From assembly GCA_011109175.1 (NCBI GenBank), contig RDEW01000069.1, positions 40,184 through 104,183 on the forward strand: 64,000 nucleotides of DNA, in the 5' to 3' direction. Under the pieces are notes generated by a model that was not told the origin of the DNA, ran no database searches, and saw only the letters and a program-made list of their open reading frames with translations. The translations under genes were made by a program, and so were the position numbers. This DNA is from Dicyema japonicum. Taxonomy: Eukaryota > Animalia > Dicyemida. This document shows positions 12,868 through 26,045 of the stretch, piece after piece; position 1 is the stretch's first letter, and every line of letters begins with the position of its first letter.

Positions 12868-13379
12868 TTAATTGTCCTCCTTAAACACAAATCGATGCTT
12901 AAATAGTGATAAATAGACACTTAGAGACAACCTTGGAAACTCATTAATCAAACATTGACTTTGATATGCTCTTGCAAAGAGATATTTATTGGTACGAACT
13001 GCAATACTAGACAACACTACCTTTAGTCGGTTTCTTAGTGGCAATTCATGCTCAGTCTTGCAAATTTGGCACTTGACCGTGAAGGGACAGGTCGCCAGTC
13101 TAATACGCAGACACGTGGAACAAATGTTGTGCCCACAAGCCATTCTGTGAGGATTTCTGCTATTTTTACTAAATCTACAATTTAAAGAAAAAAATACAAA
13201 TATTCGCAAGTTGAGCACAGTAAATGAGCTTTAGTCGTCTCTGACTTGGTGAGAATGTCCTCAAACACATACTTTCTTGATTCCTTAGCAAAGTAATTGA
13301 CATTTCTGTCATTAAACACAACATTTGGTTACCTGCAATAGTCGGAAGAATAAGTTGAATCTATAATTATCGAACTCAT
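12868..13379 (-). CDS. Small C3HC4 RING-finger protein (putative E3 ligase); 3' end uncertain
   Basis: ATG 13379; introns 13306-13332 (27 nt) and 13175-13197 (23 nt) assemble CSTC-x13-CGH-x2-CSTC-x13-CQIC. The first Cys pair only appears after splicing. Confidence 0.8.
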
Positions 13380-14179
13380 ATTTCAAATTTAAAAATATAT
13401 TATCAATTTTATACAAATTCATTTTCTATTTATTTATTAAAAATATAAAATAAAAAAGTGACTTTAGCATTGAATGTTCAATAAAACGTAAAATTTGATT
13501 TTCAAGAAGATTTCTATCCCAAATCCGTTCGGGACATTGCTGTCTCTAGGATGGATCTGAGATTTGTCTCCTCTCACCTAACCAACTTATTATTAATTCC
13601 TTTCTTGCCTAGGGATAATAATGACTTTAAAAGACTTGCGTGGATCCCACCACTTTCATATGCACGTTAAATGGCAGTTGGCTTCCTAAGTCTGAGCAAC
13701 AAATATATTATCACAGAATCTTAAATTATATTAGTGATAATCAGTATTCTCATAATTTAATAATTATTGTACTTATTGACATGGCGCAGTGTTACAAGTG
13801 CCAGGCACAAGTTCTGATGGTCCTAGTTAGAATATCGATGCTGTATATTCCAGCTGAAAGTTCCATGCATCTACGATGTTTAGTTGACGAGTGACCCCAT
13901 CATCGATGAAAATCTCATTGTGGAACCGGGGCATATATAAAAAGACTCACACCCAACAAAAAGAAATAAAAATCATTTGTTTTATATTTGTCCTTGAATT
14001 GAGTTTCTTAATGAGTTTGATATATAAGTAATCTGAACATATAGTACAGTTTAGGGAAACTAATAAAGTAAAACAAGAGAAGCGACAACTAAATAAATAT
14101 GAGAAACACGACGTTAAACACTAATAAGAAAACGTTAAAACACTAAACTCATTATGACTGTCAAACATGCTGCCATCTG

Positions 14180-14910
14180 CTACCATCCGAGATAGACATG
14201 ACCATCTATTCGCAATGTATACAATTGTTCGGAGTTGTAAAAGAGGTCCTTAACCCAATATTCTGGATTAGTTTGGTGATGTTGACAGAACAAACAAACG
14301 GGACAAAAAGACATTAAAGAGTTATAAAATTGGACACAGAGTGTGATTAAGATGCCATGGTTATAAGATGAACCATTTAGTAAGTTGTCAACATTAAAAC
14401 AAAAGTATTCTCGGAATGGGGGAAACACTGAGATGTAAATTGAACAGTGCTGAGTCCAGGGATAGATGTGAGATTATGACAATGACAAAACAGTTCCCCA
14501 ATTCTCCTGAAATGAAGTCATCTTTACAAAAAATGGGTTTGCAGAGGTCGACGGTGACAAATACCGTGGAAAGAAAATTGAATTAGTCAAAAATATGACC
14601 GTGTAGAGAAAATCTTGTTGTGAATGAGTGGAATTGATGTATAAATAAAAACATTCATAATTTTGAGTACAAAAAAGAAACTTTGTGAGAAAGACCATGG
14701 ATCACAAAATCAAAGTATTAGAACTGGTATATGAATAGAGTGAAAATTACATAATTTCTTTGTTTTCCCTATATATAATTATTATAGTTGGTCACAATGT
14801 GCGCATTACATAATTTACATCGATGACTACTCTCATCTAAATAATATATTGCATTTGCAAAATACGTGAAACTCGTGACTATTCCTGTTGATATTTTTAC
14901 TGTTAGACAT
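14180..14910 (-). CDS. Candidate lineage-specific multi-exon gene, structure unresolved
   Basis: ATG at 14910 follows an AT island just after the UBA2 stop; three consecutive minus-strand open frames of 60-82 aa and several GT..AG candidates; no recognisable homology. Confidence 0.3.
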
Positions 14911-14972
14911 TTTAATAATAAAAATTCACAAAATGAAATCAAATTTAACAAAAATAAACAAATCAGTCAAAT

Positions 14973-16939
14973 TCAATCAACATTGTCAATGAAAGACCTC
15001 TTAGAAGAACTCTCAGGAATAGGAGTGGATAGTCTTTTTCTAGCAAAATCAACCACATCTTCATCACTTCTAACAATATGAAAATCATCCCCCATCCCAA
15101 TTCTACCAAATTATATGAAAACACTACGAATGTTGTAATTTAACGATAATCTTAAAATCCTGAAAGAAGTCGTCACAAATAAGTTCCGAAGAGTCCATAA
15201 TATTAAAACACGTCATTAGCTTCCCATCAATCTCTACAAATAAATAGATAAGGGACCCTTTTGGTCGTCTTCATCAAGATCACAGGAAATCAGAATTGTC
15301 CCGGAACCGTCGTAAATTTCCACATCGGGGAAGACCATCCCTAATCCTTCTTTGAGGATCTACCAAATCTAACCGCATATAACCTTATCCCTGAAAAATC
15401 CGACTGTCACTGAATCCAAATCGAGAAGAACGGTGGCAATATTGGATTCCGAACAAGCATAACAGTCACGATTTGGCTTGGGAAGGGAGGTAGGAACGAT
15501 GATGCAGCCATTTGAAGTTGGGTACCGAGATAAATAAATAGACCGGCATTTTTGGGGGTCACTAATGAACTTAATGAGTTCAATCACGACCAATCCAGCA
15601 ATAGTTGCATTTGTAAACGCAATGGCGGGGATAATATTTCCGGCCAAAGCTAAAATAATTATAAATTATTTTTAAATCAAATGATTAATAAAACTAATTT
15701 TAATTAAATTAAAAAAATAATAGACAATACATTTGGCGGTAAATTTTGACAATTTTTCTATTGAAAAAACGTGTGAACGGATATTTGAGGCAGCAGTCAC
15801 AAAATTAATACAATCCTCATCATCCTACAGGAAATAAAACATTTTGACTTTATCCCATCCAATTTCTCCCTTCTCATACAATCTGGCCTTTAGGATGCCC
15901 ATACTTTTGTTAAAAACAGAGATAGATTCCTCCAGTGACCAAACTAAGTAATTGCAAGCCTCCACATGTCCATTGCTGAATGAAAATTCTCCAATAGGAG
16001 TGGGAGGTTTTCTTCCCTTCCACAAATCACCCAACGAAAGCAAGTAGTTAATATCTGTATAAAATAGCTAATTCATCGATAAACGAGCAGAAACCTTAAA
16101 AAGTAGTTTTTCAACATCATAGTCACAATTTTCAGCCATTTTCTTTATACTAATAGGTCCATTCGAATTCTCCCCAGACTGAATTGACACATTCTCAGGT
16201 GAGATATCCTCGTTGAGGTCCTCCTTAGAGAACAATTGACTAGGATCAGTAGACGACCAAACTTGAACAAGTACTTAGCCCATACAACACAGTGAATAGG
16301 CTTTGAAGGAGTATTTCTAATAGTACAACTGGCGTAGGTTTTGGTAGACTTGTTAGGTTTACATTCGTAACAGGCAGTCTCACCCTAAAATAGTCAGAAA
16401 AGTTAACCATAGATATTAGATTGAGATTCCCTAAATACCCAGCTGTTCCACTGTCAATAAAAGGGACTGATGATCTCAGGCACATTCGGTTAATGTGAAT
16501 ACGAGCAGCCACATTGTCCAAAGCACAGAGAACAATGTAGAACTGCTTATAGAAACTTGAATCGTATTCTCGCCTGTATGATAGATATTATTGTTTACTT
16601 GGTTATGTCGTCATAGTAGGCGTGGAGAGTTGTAGGTTTCCCATACAACTTCTCAACAGATTCTTTAGCCACCTTATATTCAATAAAAGCAAAAACCAAT
16701 GCTTTAGACATTCCCACGTGATGTGGACGAAACAAAAACTGACGATTAAGATTACTGACCTCAATTGTGTCCAAGTCGATCTAAACTGTGACCAACTTAG
16801 TTACAATGTGAATACTAGTGAAGCCAGAAAAGACCAACGACTTTAATAGCTCACAACCTATTCCTCCAGCACCTACCAGCAAAATTTTATATGAGGGCAG
16901 TTCTCTGTCAATTCCTATCAATTTAGCATATTCCTCCAT
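14973..16939 (-). CDS. UBA2: SUMO-activating enzyme subunit 2, 12 exons
   Basis: [44 protein letters not shown], catalytic [32 protein letters not shown]-x2-C, DDFFQDF. Eleven introns of 24, 24, 25, 23, 23, 27, 24, 81, 24, 23 and 25 nt; stop TGA at 14973. Confidence 0.96.
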
Positions 16940-16993
16940 TATAGCACAAGGTTAAAAATTTAATTTAAATAAAATAAATTAATAAAACATTTA

Positions 16994-17356
16994 TTACAAC
17001 AAATCAGTAATCCCTAACATTAATAATAATAAATACCTTCAAGGAACTCAAACCGAGAATCAGTGGAGATAAGATGAGCTAAATAATAATACTAATAATA
17101 CTAAGATCACTTTTTCTCATTACTTTTCTTTTCTCTATTGACATATAAAATACTGCCTCCTTTGCAAAGTCAATTACGAATAGTTCCTTAAATAAGTAAT
17201 ATTAGGTACAGCAGCTTTCGCCATGAGAGTAACATAGTCTGCGGACACAAGGTTGACATCAGGGTCACTCTTTATTATCTTGCTGATTGTCCCCACTCTG
17301 AATGTTGGTCGACAATGAGTATGCAATTTCCCACTTTCATTAGTAACATCAACCAT
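16994..17356 (-). CDS. POLE4: Histone-fold protein, DNA polymerase epsilon subunit 4-like, 4 exons
   Basis: Spliced product ...IIKSDPDVNLVSADYVTLMAKAA|ELFVIDFAKEA...KRKVMRKSDL|THLISTDSRFEFLE|GITDLL*; three 23-nt introns. Closer to POLE4 (DPDV.L, AAELFV, FLEG) than to CHRAC1. Confidence 0.8.
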
Positions 17357-17479
17357 TTTTAATTAATATAAAATTAATAACTTAAATTATAAATTTTAAT
17401 TAAAAGTAAATTACATGTAATAAAGGTACTATTAAAAGTAGTCACCACATGGATTTACGTTTCTATATGAACAGAATCA

Positions 17480-17665
17480 GTTTTTAGATGGGTATCCCGA
17501 TCGAGTTCCTTTGTAGTCCTTCGAGGAGGTTACACCATTATACAGTAGGGACATTGGAAGACAACGCAAGGAGGATCCGTGAATTAATGGAGGCTGAGAT
17601 CACTTAGTGTTTTTTCTAACATCATTATTGGTGATCTTGGGGTTCTCAAATAAATAATTAATTTG
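17480..17665 (+). mobile_element. 3' end of I/Jockey-group-like LINE
   Basis: ...VGTLEDNARRIRELMEAEIT*, then TTGGTGATCTTGGGGTT and a TAAATAAT tail. Confidence 0.65.
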
Positions 17666-18574
17666 AACAAAATCAGTCATTCTTTATCACTTTGCCCATC
17701 ATGCCTTATTGACGACCAAAAGACAAGTCACACCTCTTGTCTGGGTCCACCTCCGAGTTATGCACATAACCAAATCTCTTTCCGGAAAGTGGATAAATCA
17801 TTCGCATTTATGTAAAAAAAATATCTGCAAATTTAATCGACCTTAATGGTTTACTGCAAAAAGCATCATATGGGCCTAAAAACTGTGAGTAACAAACATC
17901 AACAACCTCAAACAGAGATTGTTAAATGCCACAAACTGTCTGGAATCTGTGAGGATTCTTGCATATCAAGACTGCATATTGGTGACGTCGGAAAAGTTCC
18001 ATAAAACATCCATTTAATGACACCCAAGTACCTTTAAAGTCCAACAGACCCTACTTTCCCCTGAAAAACAACTAGCCTACTTTTTCAGAAGAGGATGTAA
18101 GAGATATGATACTCTTTTTCATCAAACAGTAGAGGTCTCTCTTTCGGACATCATTTTCAAGGATAGGCTCGGCTAAACTCCGAAACCATCACTTCGTGAA
18201 AACCAATGGCTCCTCAAGTTGATCTTATAGCTCTCGTGAGTGGCAACGATGCGTCAATTATGTTGGAGGGGATTTGTGGATTGAGAAGTTAAGTGGATTT
18301 GAATGTAGAGCTGTTTGTGTTGTGTTAAATAATGTTAAAGAATATATGTGTGTTCGATCTCCTCAATGAGGAATAGGAGGTCCGATTTTTATTATTAGAG
18401 CTTTAAGCTGGTTCAGCATTCACTATCATCCAGTCCGACTCCATGAAGTTGGATAACCAGTTGATTGGAGTAATATTTGTAATTCCTTTAGTTGTTAAAG
18501 TAAAATTGTGTCCACGTGAAGGTGCACAACATTGACAATTGTCGGTAGGGATAAATAGTCAGAGCTTAATTAAT

Positions 18575-21140
18575 TAATTTAAAATTAATTCCAAGAAAAA
18601 ACTAAGTGATGGCTTTCATCTTTGCTCGGTGTTGATCCCTTGAGCCTACACAAGTTCGCTGCGGGCAAGCACTTCCTTCTTGGTGTTGGTGTCTTTTCTC
18701 ATTTTTTTCAATAAGTGTTTCCAAGGGCGTCGGTGATTTGATATTTTCCCCTGTATATATTTTTCAGTTAGTTTGAAGGCCCTTTTCTGGATTGCGTGGA
18801 TTTTCTGAGTGTTCGTATAAGAGGCCAATGGTACCCATGAAGCACACTCATATGAAATGCATGGTTCGATGTATTGTGAGTATAGGTTAATGTCCAAAGG
18901 AATTTCAGAAGGTTGATTTTCTTCTCATATTTGTTCACCACGTTAGTGATGTGTCTCGAAAAGTTCATGTGCGTATCGAAAGTTAGACCCAATATTTTTT
19001 GCCATTTGCTGAATGGCAATCCTCTTTTCTCCGAGGTGACTTCTATTGTCCTGTTTGACAATCTTTTATCCGAGGTATAAAGAGTTGTAACAGTTTTTTC
19101 GGTGTCGATTGACATCCGATTTTCATTAAAACACTCGAGTACTCGATCGAGGTGTTGTATTTTTCACGTGGCTGTTTGGATGTTCTGATCCCGTGAGGCC
19201 AAGACGATATCGTCTTCATAAGCCAGAAGCAAATCGTTTTCTCCATTCGGCGTTGGAATGTCAACCGTAAATAAATTGAATAAGAATGGTGATAGCGGCG
19301 AATCCTGGGGTACTCCAGTTGGGAATAAACAAGAGACAGAACAAATGGTTCCAACGCAAATCTTCCTCTTTATCTGATAAGGAAGTTAGTCAGCCATCGT
19401 TTGAGATTTTCAGGGATATCTGATTGGTAGATTTTCTATGCTAGATTTTTTCTCGGCAGAGTCAAAAGCTTTGTAAATGTGAACATAACACAGTTTTCTG
19501 GTGTTTTGGCTTGCACAGAAATCCAGAGCGAATAAGATCGTTGGGATTGAATTATAGTTGATCGACAAGTTGTAGATTTTGGTCAGGGTACTGATTCAAT
19601 CATTGCCTAGGTTTTTCAGGAAGATTATGGGAATTCCCTCTGGACCATGTGAATGTGTTATTTTTGTTTGGCTTAGGGATGCCATTACCTCCTTTTCGAT
19701 GGAATAAGTTAATTGATCCCCTTTCGGTTTTCTTAGCGGCGGTTTGGGTGAGTCAGTCTTCATCTGGCTTTTATGAGAGATTTTCGCGGAGTATTTTATT
19801 AGGGCGTTTAGGTCCTTTTGGCTGAATTCGTCATTTCCATGTGTCCCCTCATCCACTTTCGAGATATTTCGTGTAGTTTTCCAGACTTCGGATGTTGACT
19901 GGTTACATTTTGATAACGTAAGGACCATTTTCCATTTTGCTCTCTGTATTTTGAATTCTTTGGCTTTTATTTCCTCGTTCAGCACTTTTAGACGGATCCT
20001 TGCTTCGGAGGAACGGATCCCTGATTTTTTGAGACGGTTTCTTTTTTTGAGCAGAGCCTTCTTTTCGTAATCACTCGTGTAAACAGCATATCTTTCAGGG
20101 ACAGCCATAGATCTTGCTTCCAGAATGACCTTGTTAACGTAAGCAACTGCCATGTAAAGGGAGGTAAAGATTTTAGCTGTATATTAGCCAAATGTTGATC
20201 TGTAACTGATCGGAATAATTGCCAATTTGTAAGATTGTATATATGCAGGTTTCTTCTTTCCACTGGTAATTTCTTTTTTGATTTTTAGCAGAAGTGGGTT
20301 ATGATCATTTCGGTTGTCGTAGATGAAGGATCAATTAATTGTTGTTGAAAGCTGTGGTGAACAGAAGGGGATATCTGGGTAGGTTGAATTGTCAGAGTTA
20401 TTTTGAAATGTTCTTGTGTTTTTTGATGGGTCATTGATGATTGTCAGATTGCCTGACTGCGACAACTGCAAATTTCCTCTTGTATCTGCTGATGATTTAA
20501 CAGCTAGAGAGGATGTTTGGTATTCAAATCGCCGCATATCACAACTTCGTTCCAACTCTCCAGTGCTGATATTATTATTATTAAAGATAATTCCAGCATA
20601 GTGTAATGTGTCGGACATGAGCCCGGAGAAGATATATACATGTTTATAAAATATAGTCTTCCCTTTGTTGTGCCAACAGATATTCCGATTATCTCCGTGG
20701 TTTTATCACTTCCAAAGAGTTTCTTCACTTCGAGTGTATGGTCCTCAAACTTTAGGCCTTTTCTGATTAATGTATGTATTCCTCCACGTTTATAGTGCTA
20801 TCAGCACGCATTATGTTGTATCCTGAAAAAAAGTGGGCGTAGTATCTTTTGCTGATAGCTTCTATTCTTGGATGAGCACGATGTCAACTTTGAGTTCAAC
20901 AATCAGAGTTCTAAGTTCAATAATTTTTCCTTTAATTTTATTCATTTAATTGTATAACAGAGATCTTGTCCTTTGACATGTGTAGGTCACGAATCCGAGA
21001 AGCTGATGTCAGACCAGTAATCAGTCTACCAGGAGCGACATGTGCACCCGGTGGAAGAGAGCTAATGGTTCTTTTTCGAAATGCTTTAAGAGCATTCTGA
21101 ACGCCTCCAGAATTGTTGTATCTGGTGAACCACATGACGC
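18575..21140 (-). mobile_element. Near full-length I/Jockey-group-like LINE (APE + RT), frameshifted
   Basis: IQLN start of APE, IIGISV, ICGDLNTKHP, SPDIP, GPEGIPIIFLKNL, VHIYKAFD, GVPQDSPLSP, KILGLTFD, LYSQYIEP. Confidence 0.9.
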
Positions 21141-21446
21141 CACGCCAAAATTATTGTAATGTTATATGTCCTGTGCAAATTTTTGTAAACTATAAAAGTG
21201 ACCTACAATGATTATATGTGTATTTTATAAATAATGATTTATTACAGTTGCGGATGGAAGACAAAATTAAGTTATTATTTTTCGGCTGTCTCTCCTTATC
21301 ATCTAATAGCATGTAAGAAGAAAATGTTGGGGTCTTAAAATCCCATAGGTTTCAGTTGCAAAGTGCTTGAAACGAACTGTCCTTCTAAAGTCGTGTATTT
21401 TTAAAGGATTTTGGCACTCACTGTGGACGATTATGGATGAATGGAT

Positions 21447-21758
21447 GTCAGTGTTTGGTTGGAAAAGAGAAGCCATCAACACAAGTGGCGCCCAAGCCAG
21501 TTATGACTTAATAATTACAAATATAAATTAACAATATCTTTGGCTCAATGGTCATTTCCCATTCTTTTATACAAATTTAACAAAATTAAAAAAGCTGTCA
21601 ACGTCAGTGTTTGGTTGGAAAAGAGAAGCCATCAACACAAGTGGCGCCCAAGCCAGTTATGACTTAATAATTACAAATATAAATTAACAATATCTTTGGC
21701 TCAATGGTCATTTCCCATTCTTTTATACAAATTTAACAAAATTAAAAAAGCTGTCAAC
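21447..21758. repeat. Exact tandem duplication, period 156 nt
   Basis: GTCAGTGTTTGG starts at 21447 and 21603; the copies read identical. Confidence 0.9.
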
Positions 21759-22194
21759 AAAGTCATCCAATTTCCGAATCTATGACGCTTGAAACATTTC
21801 TACTTGAACAAAAACGAAAATTTTGAGGACATCAAACCTACTAAATAGCCCCCTCTACGACATCCTTATCAAATACATCAAAGACACCCAAGAGATTCCA
21901 AGTTCTTTACGGAGGGCGGTCAAAGATGCCCATCTCCGCCGGTTTTGACTTCCCAGTCGTCGGTCTGATATTACTAAATTGGATGGGACATCTTTTTTAA
22001 TCCAATGGTCCTGTGCAATATTAATATCTTTTGTAAAAGCAAAAATATAAAATGGAGTAATATGACCACAAAGAAAACTTAAAGATTTAGGCTGAAAACA
22101 CCTAAAAACCCTACGACCTATAAAAATCCCAACAACAAACTCAAAAACACATTAAATTTAAAAATCAAAAAGATACGACGGGTAGCAAAAAAGG

Positions 22195-23320
22195 TTATTT
22201 TTGTTTGGGAGAAGGCTCCTGCTTTCTTTTCTTATTTTTTACGCCTTGCCGTGCACGTGCGATAAAATATTCTAAAGTATTCTCACTTTGTTCCTCCGCT
22301 TCTATTTTGTAACAATAATTATCATTGCGATTCCTAAACAATTTTATTAGCAACAAACTTTTTCCGTTTCTTTTGGGGAGAAGACCGTCTATTTTGCTCT
22401 TTAACTGTGGGAGGTTGTCTTGTATCCTGATTATACACCGAATTTGTGTTAATTAATCTGTTTGAGTAGATAATATATGGGGTTGGAATGAAATACAAGA
22501 GCTGATCAGTCATATTGGGATACATTGGTGTAATATTGAAGTAATTCATATTATTTATAAAATTCATTAATTCATTTCGACAAGTCCTATAGTATACTGG
22601 TATAGGGACATTTGGATCCGGTAATTTTTCTGCAATAACTTCTTTATGACTGAAAAATAACGAAAGCCCAAACTTAACAAACTGAGTTTGATTATTTTTT
22701 GATTCAAAATGTGTAGTTTTCACTAAGTCTGGCATACGATGACATAACCGTGACTAAATTATGCTACACTTACCCCATAATTTTTTAGTTTAGCTACACA
22801 ATCGATTGCAGTCAGTTTTTCGTCAGTGTATAACTCCCAGATATGTTTGTCCTCTTCTTTTGCCATTTTACAATGTTCATATTTTATTCCATTTGGTGTT
22901 AGTATCGACTCCCATAATTCCTGAAATCAGCGTTCATGTTACCTCCTCTGTGTTTATACCTTCCGGCGCTTTTATTTTCGTTATAAATACAAGGCGACTG
23001 CTCCTCACCCGACTCCCAGTCTCATCTAATTTTAGTTTGTCGGACTCTAAAACATGCAAAATGAGCAACCTCTAGCCACATTGGCTATATCTTCAAGGGA
23101 AGCGTTATTTTCTCTCATTTTGTTAAATCTTAGGATTTCATCAATCGCCACATAATTGAAAAAGTCCATCAGTCTCTTGAGGTACCAGTCTTTAATAAGG
23201 TTTTTTCTAAAGATAATCAATTCAATGAAACTCAGAAAAATAGTATTCGAGGTAATACTTAAGAATATCATCCTTTTTAGGAATTTCTATTTGAACTTCT
23301 GTCTTAGAAACAACAACCAT
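22195..23320 (-). CDS. La-related RNA-binding protein (La motif + RRM, LARP4-like), at least 6 exons
   Basis: Spliced N-terminus gives LEYYFSE|KNLIKDWYLKRLMD..YVAIDEILRFNKM..VAR|ESDKLKLDETGSRVR (La motif), then an RRM-like region. Introns 23207-23231, 23047-23069, 22921-22942, 22754-22773 and 22334-22358; last exon less certain. Confidence 0.8.
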
Positions 23321-23624
23321 TTATGAACTGATCATTCACAATATCTTTTATACTACATTTATGTTAATCTTTCACAGTTTCAATCTATATTTACGTAATT
23401 GTTATTTTAGCAAGGACATTCTGACAAAGTGTTAGAAAAGGTTTTGTAAGTGATAAAACGGGTTCAATCTCTTATCGATGAAGCCAACCTCAATGGTTAC
23501 TGTGTGTCTACTAATTGTAGTATGTCTATTACATCACAGCCTTCTAGAGGAGTATAGCATAGCAGACAATTCATTAAGTGTTCGGTTACAATCATCAAGT
23601 GCTATCTCTTTTTTCCTATAATAC

Positions 23625-24030
23625 AACTAAAACATTAAAAACGCTCTTTCCTGCAAGAGGAATGCTGGAAGAAGCTGCTGGATTTCCTGTCTAATTGGAG
23701 CCTCTCGGACTCGCAATAGCCAACCACAGACCGGACGGAACTACTCTCTTCCCATGAAAAAATGGTAGATACCTTGCCTGGGACGCCACCTGTGTGGGTA
23801 GCCTCTCTTTTTACAACCTTGTTATGTCAGCAAGAATACGTATGTCTTAATGGAAAGTTCATTTTTGAACCAGTTGCAGTAGAAGACGTCAGAAATCATA
23901 GGAAGTAGGTCACTGATCATGCTAAACAGAAAGATGATAGGAGAGAAAGGAGCTGGCTTATTGAGCGCATTTCTTTGCAGTCGTCAATATGAGAGCAGCC
24001 AGTAGTTGTCAACTGTTAGTTTTTGCATTA
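23625..24030 (+). mobile_element. CRE-like RLE retroelement, 3' fragment
   Basis: RPDGTTLFP, LAWDATC, FEPVAVE and WLIERISL motifs. Confidence 0.8.
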
Positions 24031-24039
24031 AATTTTTTT

Positions 24040-25600
24040 TCCATTCGTATTTTGGAGTGCAACAGGGAGATCCCCTTGGACCCCTTTTGTTTTTTCTTTC
24101 ATAGAGAAAATCACCAAACTTCCGCGCTCGCCGCTCAACCTATGGTATCTGGATGATACTGTTTTCCGGAGAACCCTTAGATACTGTTTTCCGGGATTTA
24201 GAAGTGATTATTCCAGCACTGTCGGAAGCTGGACTGGAATTGAATCACACTAATGCGAAATCTACAATTGGGACTTTCAGAATAGAAGTATTCAAAAACT
24301 TTGTCATGTTTCGGAAATTTACTGCCTAGAAGTATTTCCACACCAGATGAAGAACTTCCTCGGATCCCCAATCACAATAAATGCAATGGGAAGAGCTATG
24401 TGTGAAAACTGCTACTCGGAAAGACACTGGACCACTTATGTCTACTTGAAATGCATACGTCATTTTTCCTTCTGAAGAACAGTCTCAACGTACAGAGGCT
24501 TGCATGTGTTCTGAGGACTGCTCCCTATTTCACCCTGTGTGACAAACTCTCACAGATTAACGAGAACTTCCGTACAACAGCGGAGCGTATCTTCAACGTC
24601 CGGTTCGAGGATCACTCATGGAAGTAAGCCAAGCTGCCAGTGAGACTCGGAGGATTCAGTAGACCATTCTCTTCCTGCATATCTATCGTCTCTAATAACC
24701 TGTGTCAAGAGGATTCTACACTCCTCCCTGAATTCCCTATTGACAAAGACGCCACCCATGCTCGTGAGACCTGAAGCCGTGCCTATAAGCTTTCCCTGTC
24801 TTACCCGTACTCTCAGCATGGCCTGGACGATGCTATATGCTGGAATTCTTTCGAAAATTTGCTAGTGTCATCTATCCAACATTGCCGTGCTTGTTTGTTG
24901 TTGAGAGCGTCTTCCGAGAGCGGTGCCTGGCTCAACACCGTTACCAATGGAGTTTTGGGTACCTTTCTGGATGATGAATGCGTTTGTATTGGGATCTCAT
25001 TACGACTGAAATTAAAAGTCTGTGTTCCAAATCCGTGCCGATGCGGAGACCAGATCGACTATTTTGGCTTACATCCTCTTTCCTACAAGAACAGAGCAGG
25101 AAGATTTCCCAGACACATGGCCTTGAAAGAAGTCGTTAGGAGAGCTTTGGACGCCGCCGGACACCCCTCCGTGACCGAACCAGTCGGTCTTTGCAGGCGG
25201 AGATAGAAAACGACCAGATGGGATGAAAATCTTCCCTTTTAAAACCGGTAAACTTCTTGTCTCAGACGTCACCTGCTCCGATACGTTTGCCTCTTGCAAC
25301 GTACTCCTGAGAGCCTCTGGAGCCTGTTCTGCCGCTGAGAAAATAGAGAAGTTGAAGCGGGAAAAGTATGCGATCCTACCTAAGGATTTTTTGTTTGTCC
25401 CACTCGCCCTTTGAGACGTCTGGTTCCCTTGCGCTTGCGACACTGGAATTCTTGAGTTGTCTAGGGAATCAGATTGCTACATGATCAGGAGACCCTCGTG
25501 ATCGCTGCTAGTTATTTGAGCGAATCTCGCTCGCTATCCTAAAAGAAATAGCCACGTAGTCAGGGCAGCCGCTATATGACCATTTACTATTTTGCTGTCC
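24040..25600 (+). mobile_element. CRE-like RLE retroelement (RT + CCHC + restriction-like endonuclease), decayed
   Basis: GVQQGDPLGP, LWYLDD, SGAWLN, C-x-C..GLHPLS..RFPRH, RPDG, SDVTCSDTF, FVPLA(L)ET, LFERISLAI. Confidence 0.88.
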
Positions 25601-25854
25601 ATTTTTAAACATCACATATCATTATCGTTGCATGATCTCCTTGTAATATCAAAGATACCTAAAAGTAGGCTTATTTTCTACTAACTTCATAAGTTTTTAA
25701 AAACCCAACTCAATATTTATTCCCATTTTGTAGATTCTTTGAAGGAAGGAATCATTGAATTTTTTCATAATTTTTAATAATACTTACAACATCCGATAAT
25801 ATCAATTTAATTACTTTCCAATCGTATAGTAACAGTCTGTTTGGCGATCAATTA

Positions 25855-26045
25855 TATTTTATAAAAGGTTTCCAATTCTTCTAAAAATTAACTAGCACAC
25901 TAACTATTAGTTTTTTAATCTTTGTATTTTTGTTTGACTGTAGGAGTTAATTCAGATATTTTATAAAAGGTTTCCAATTCTTCTAAAAATTAACTAGCAC
26001 ACTAACTATTAGTTTTTTAATCTTTGTATTTTTGTTTGACTGTAG
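25855..26045. repeat. Tandem duplication, period 102 nt
   Basis: ATATTTTATAAAAGG starts at about 25855 and 25957. Confidence 0.85.
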
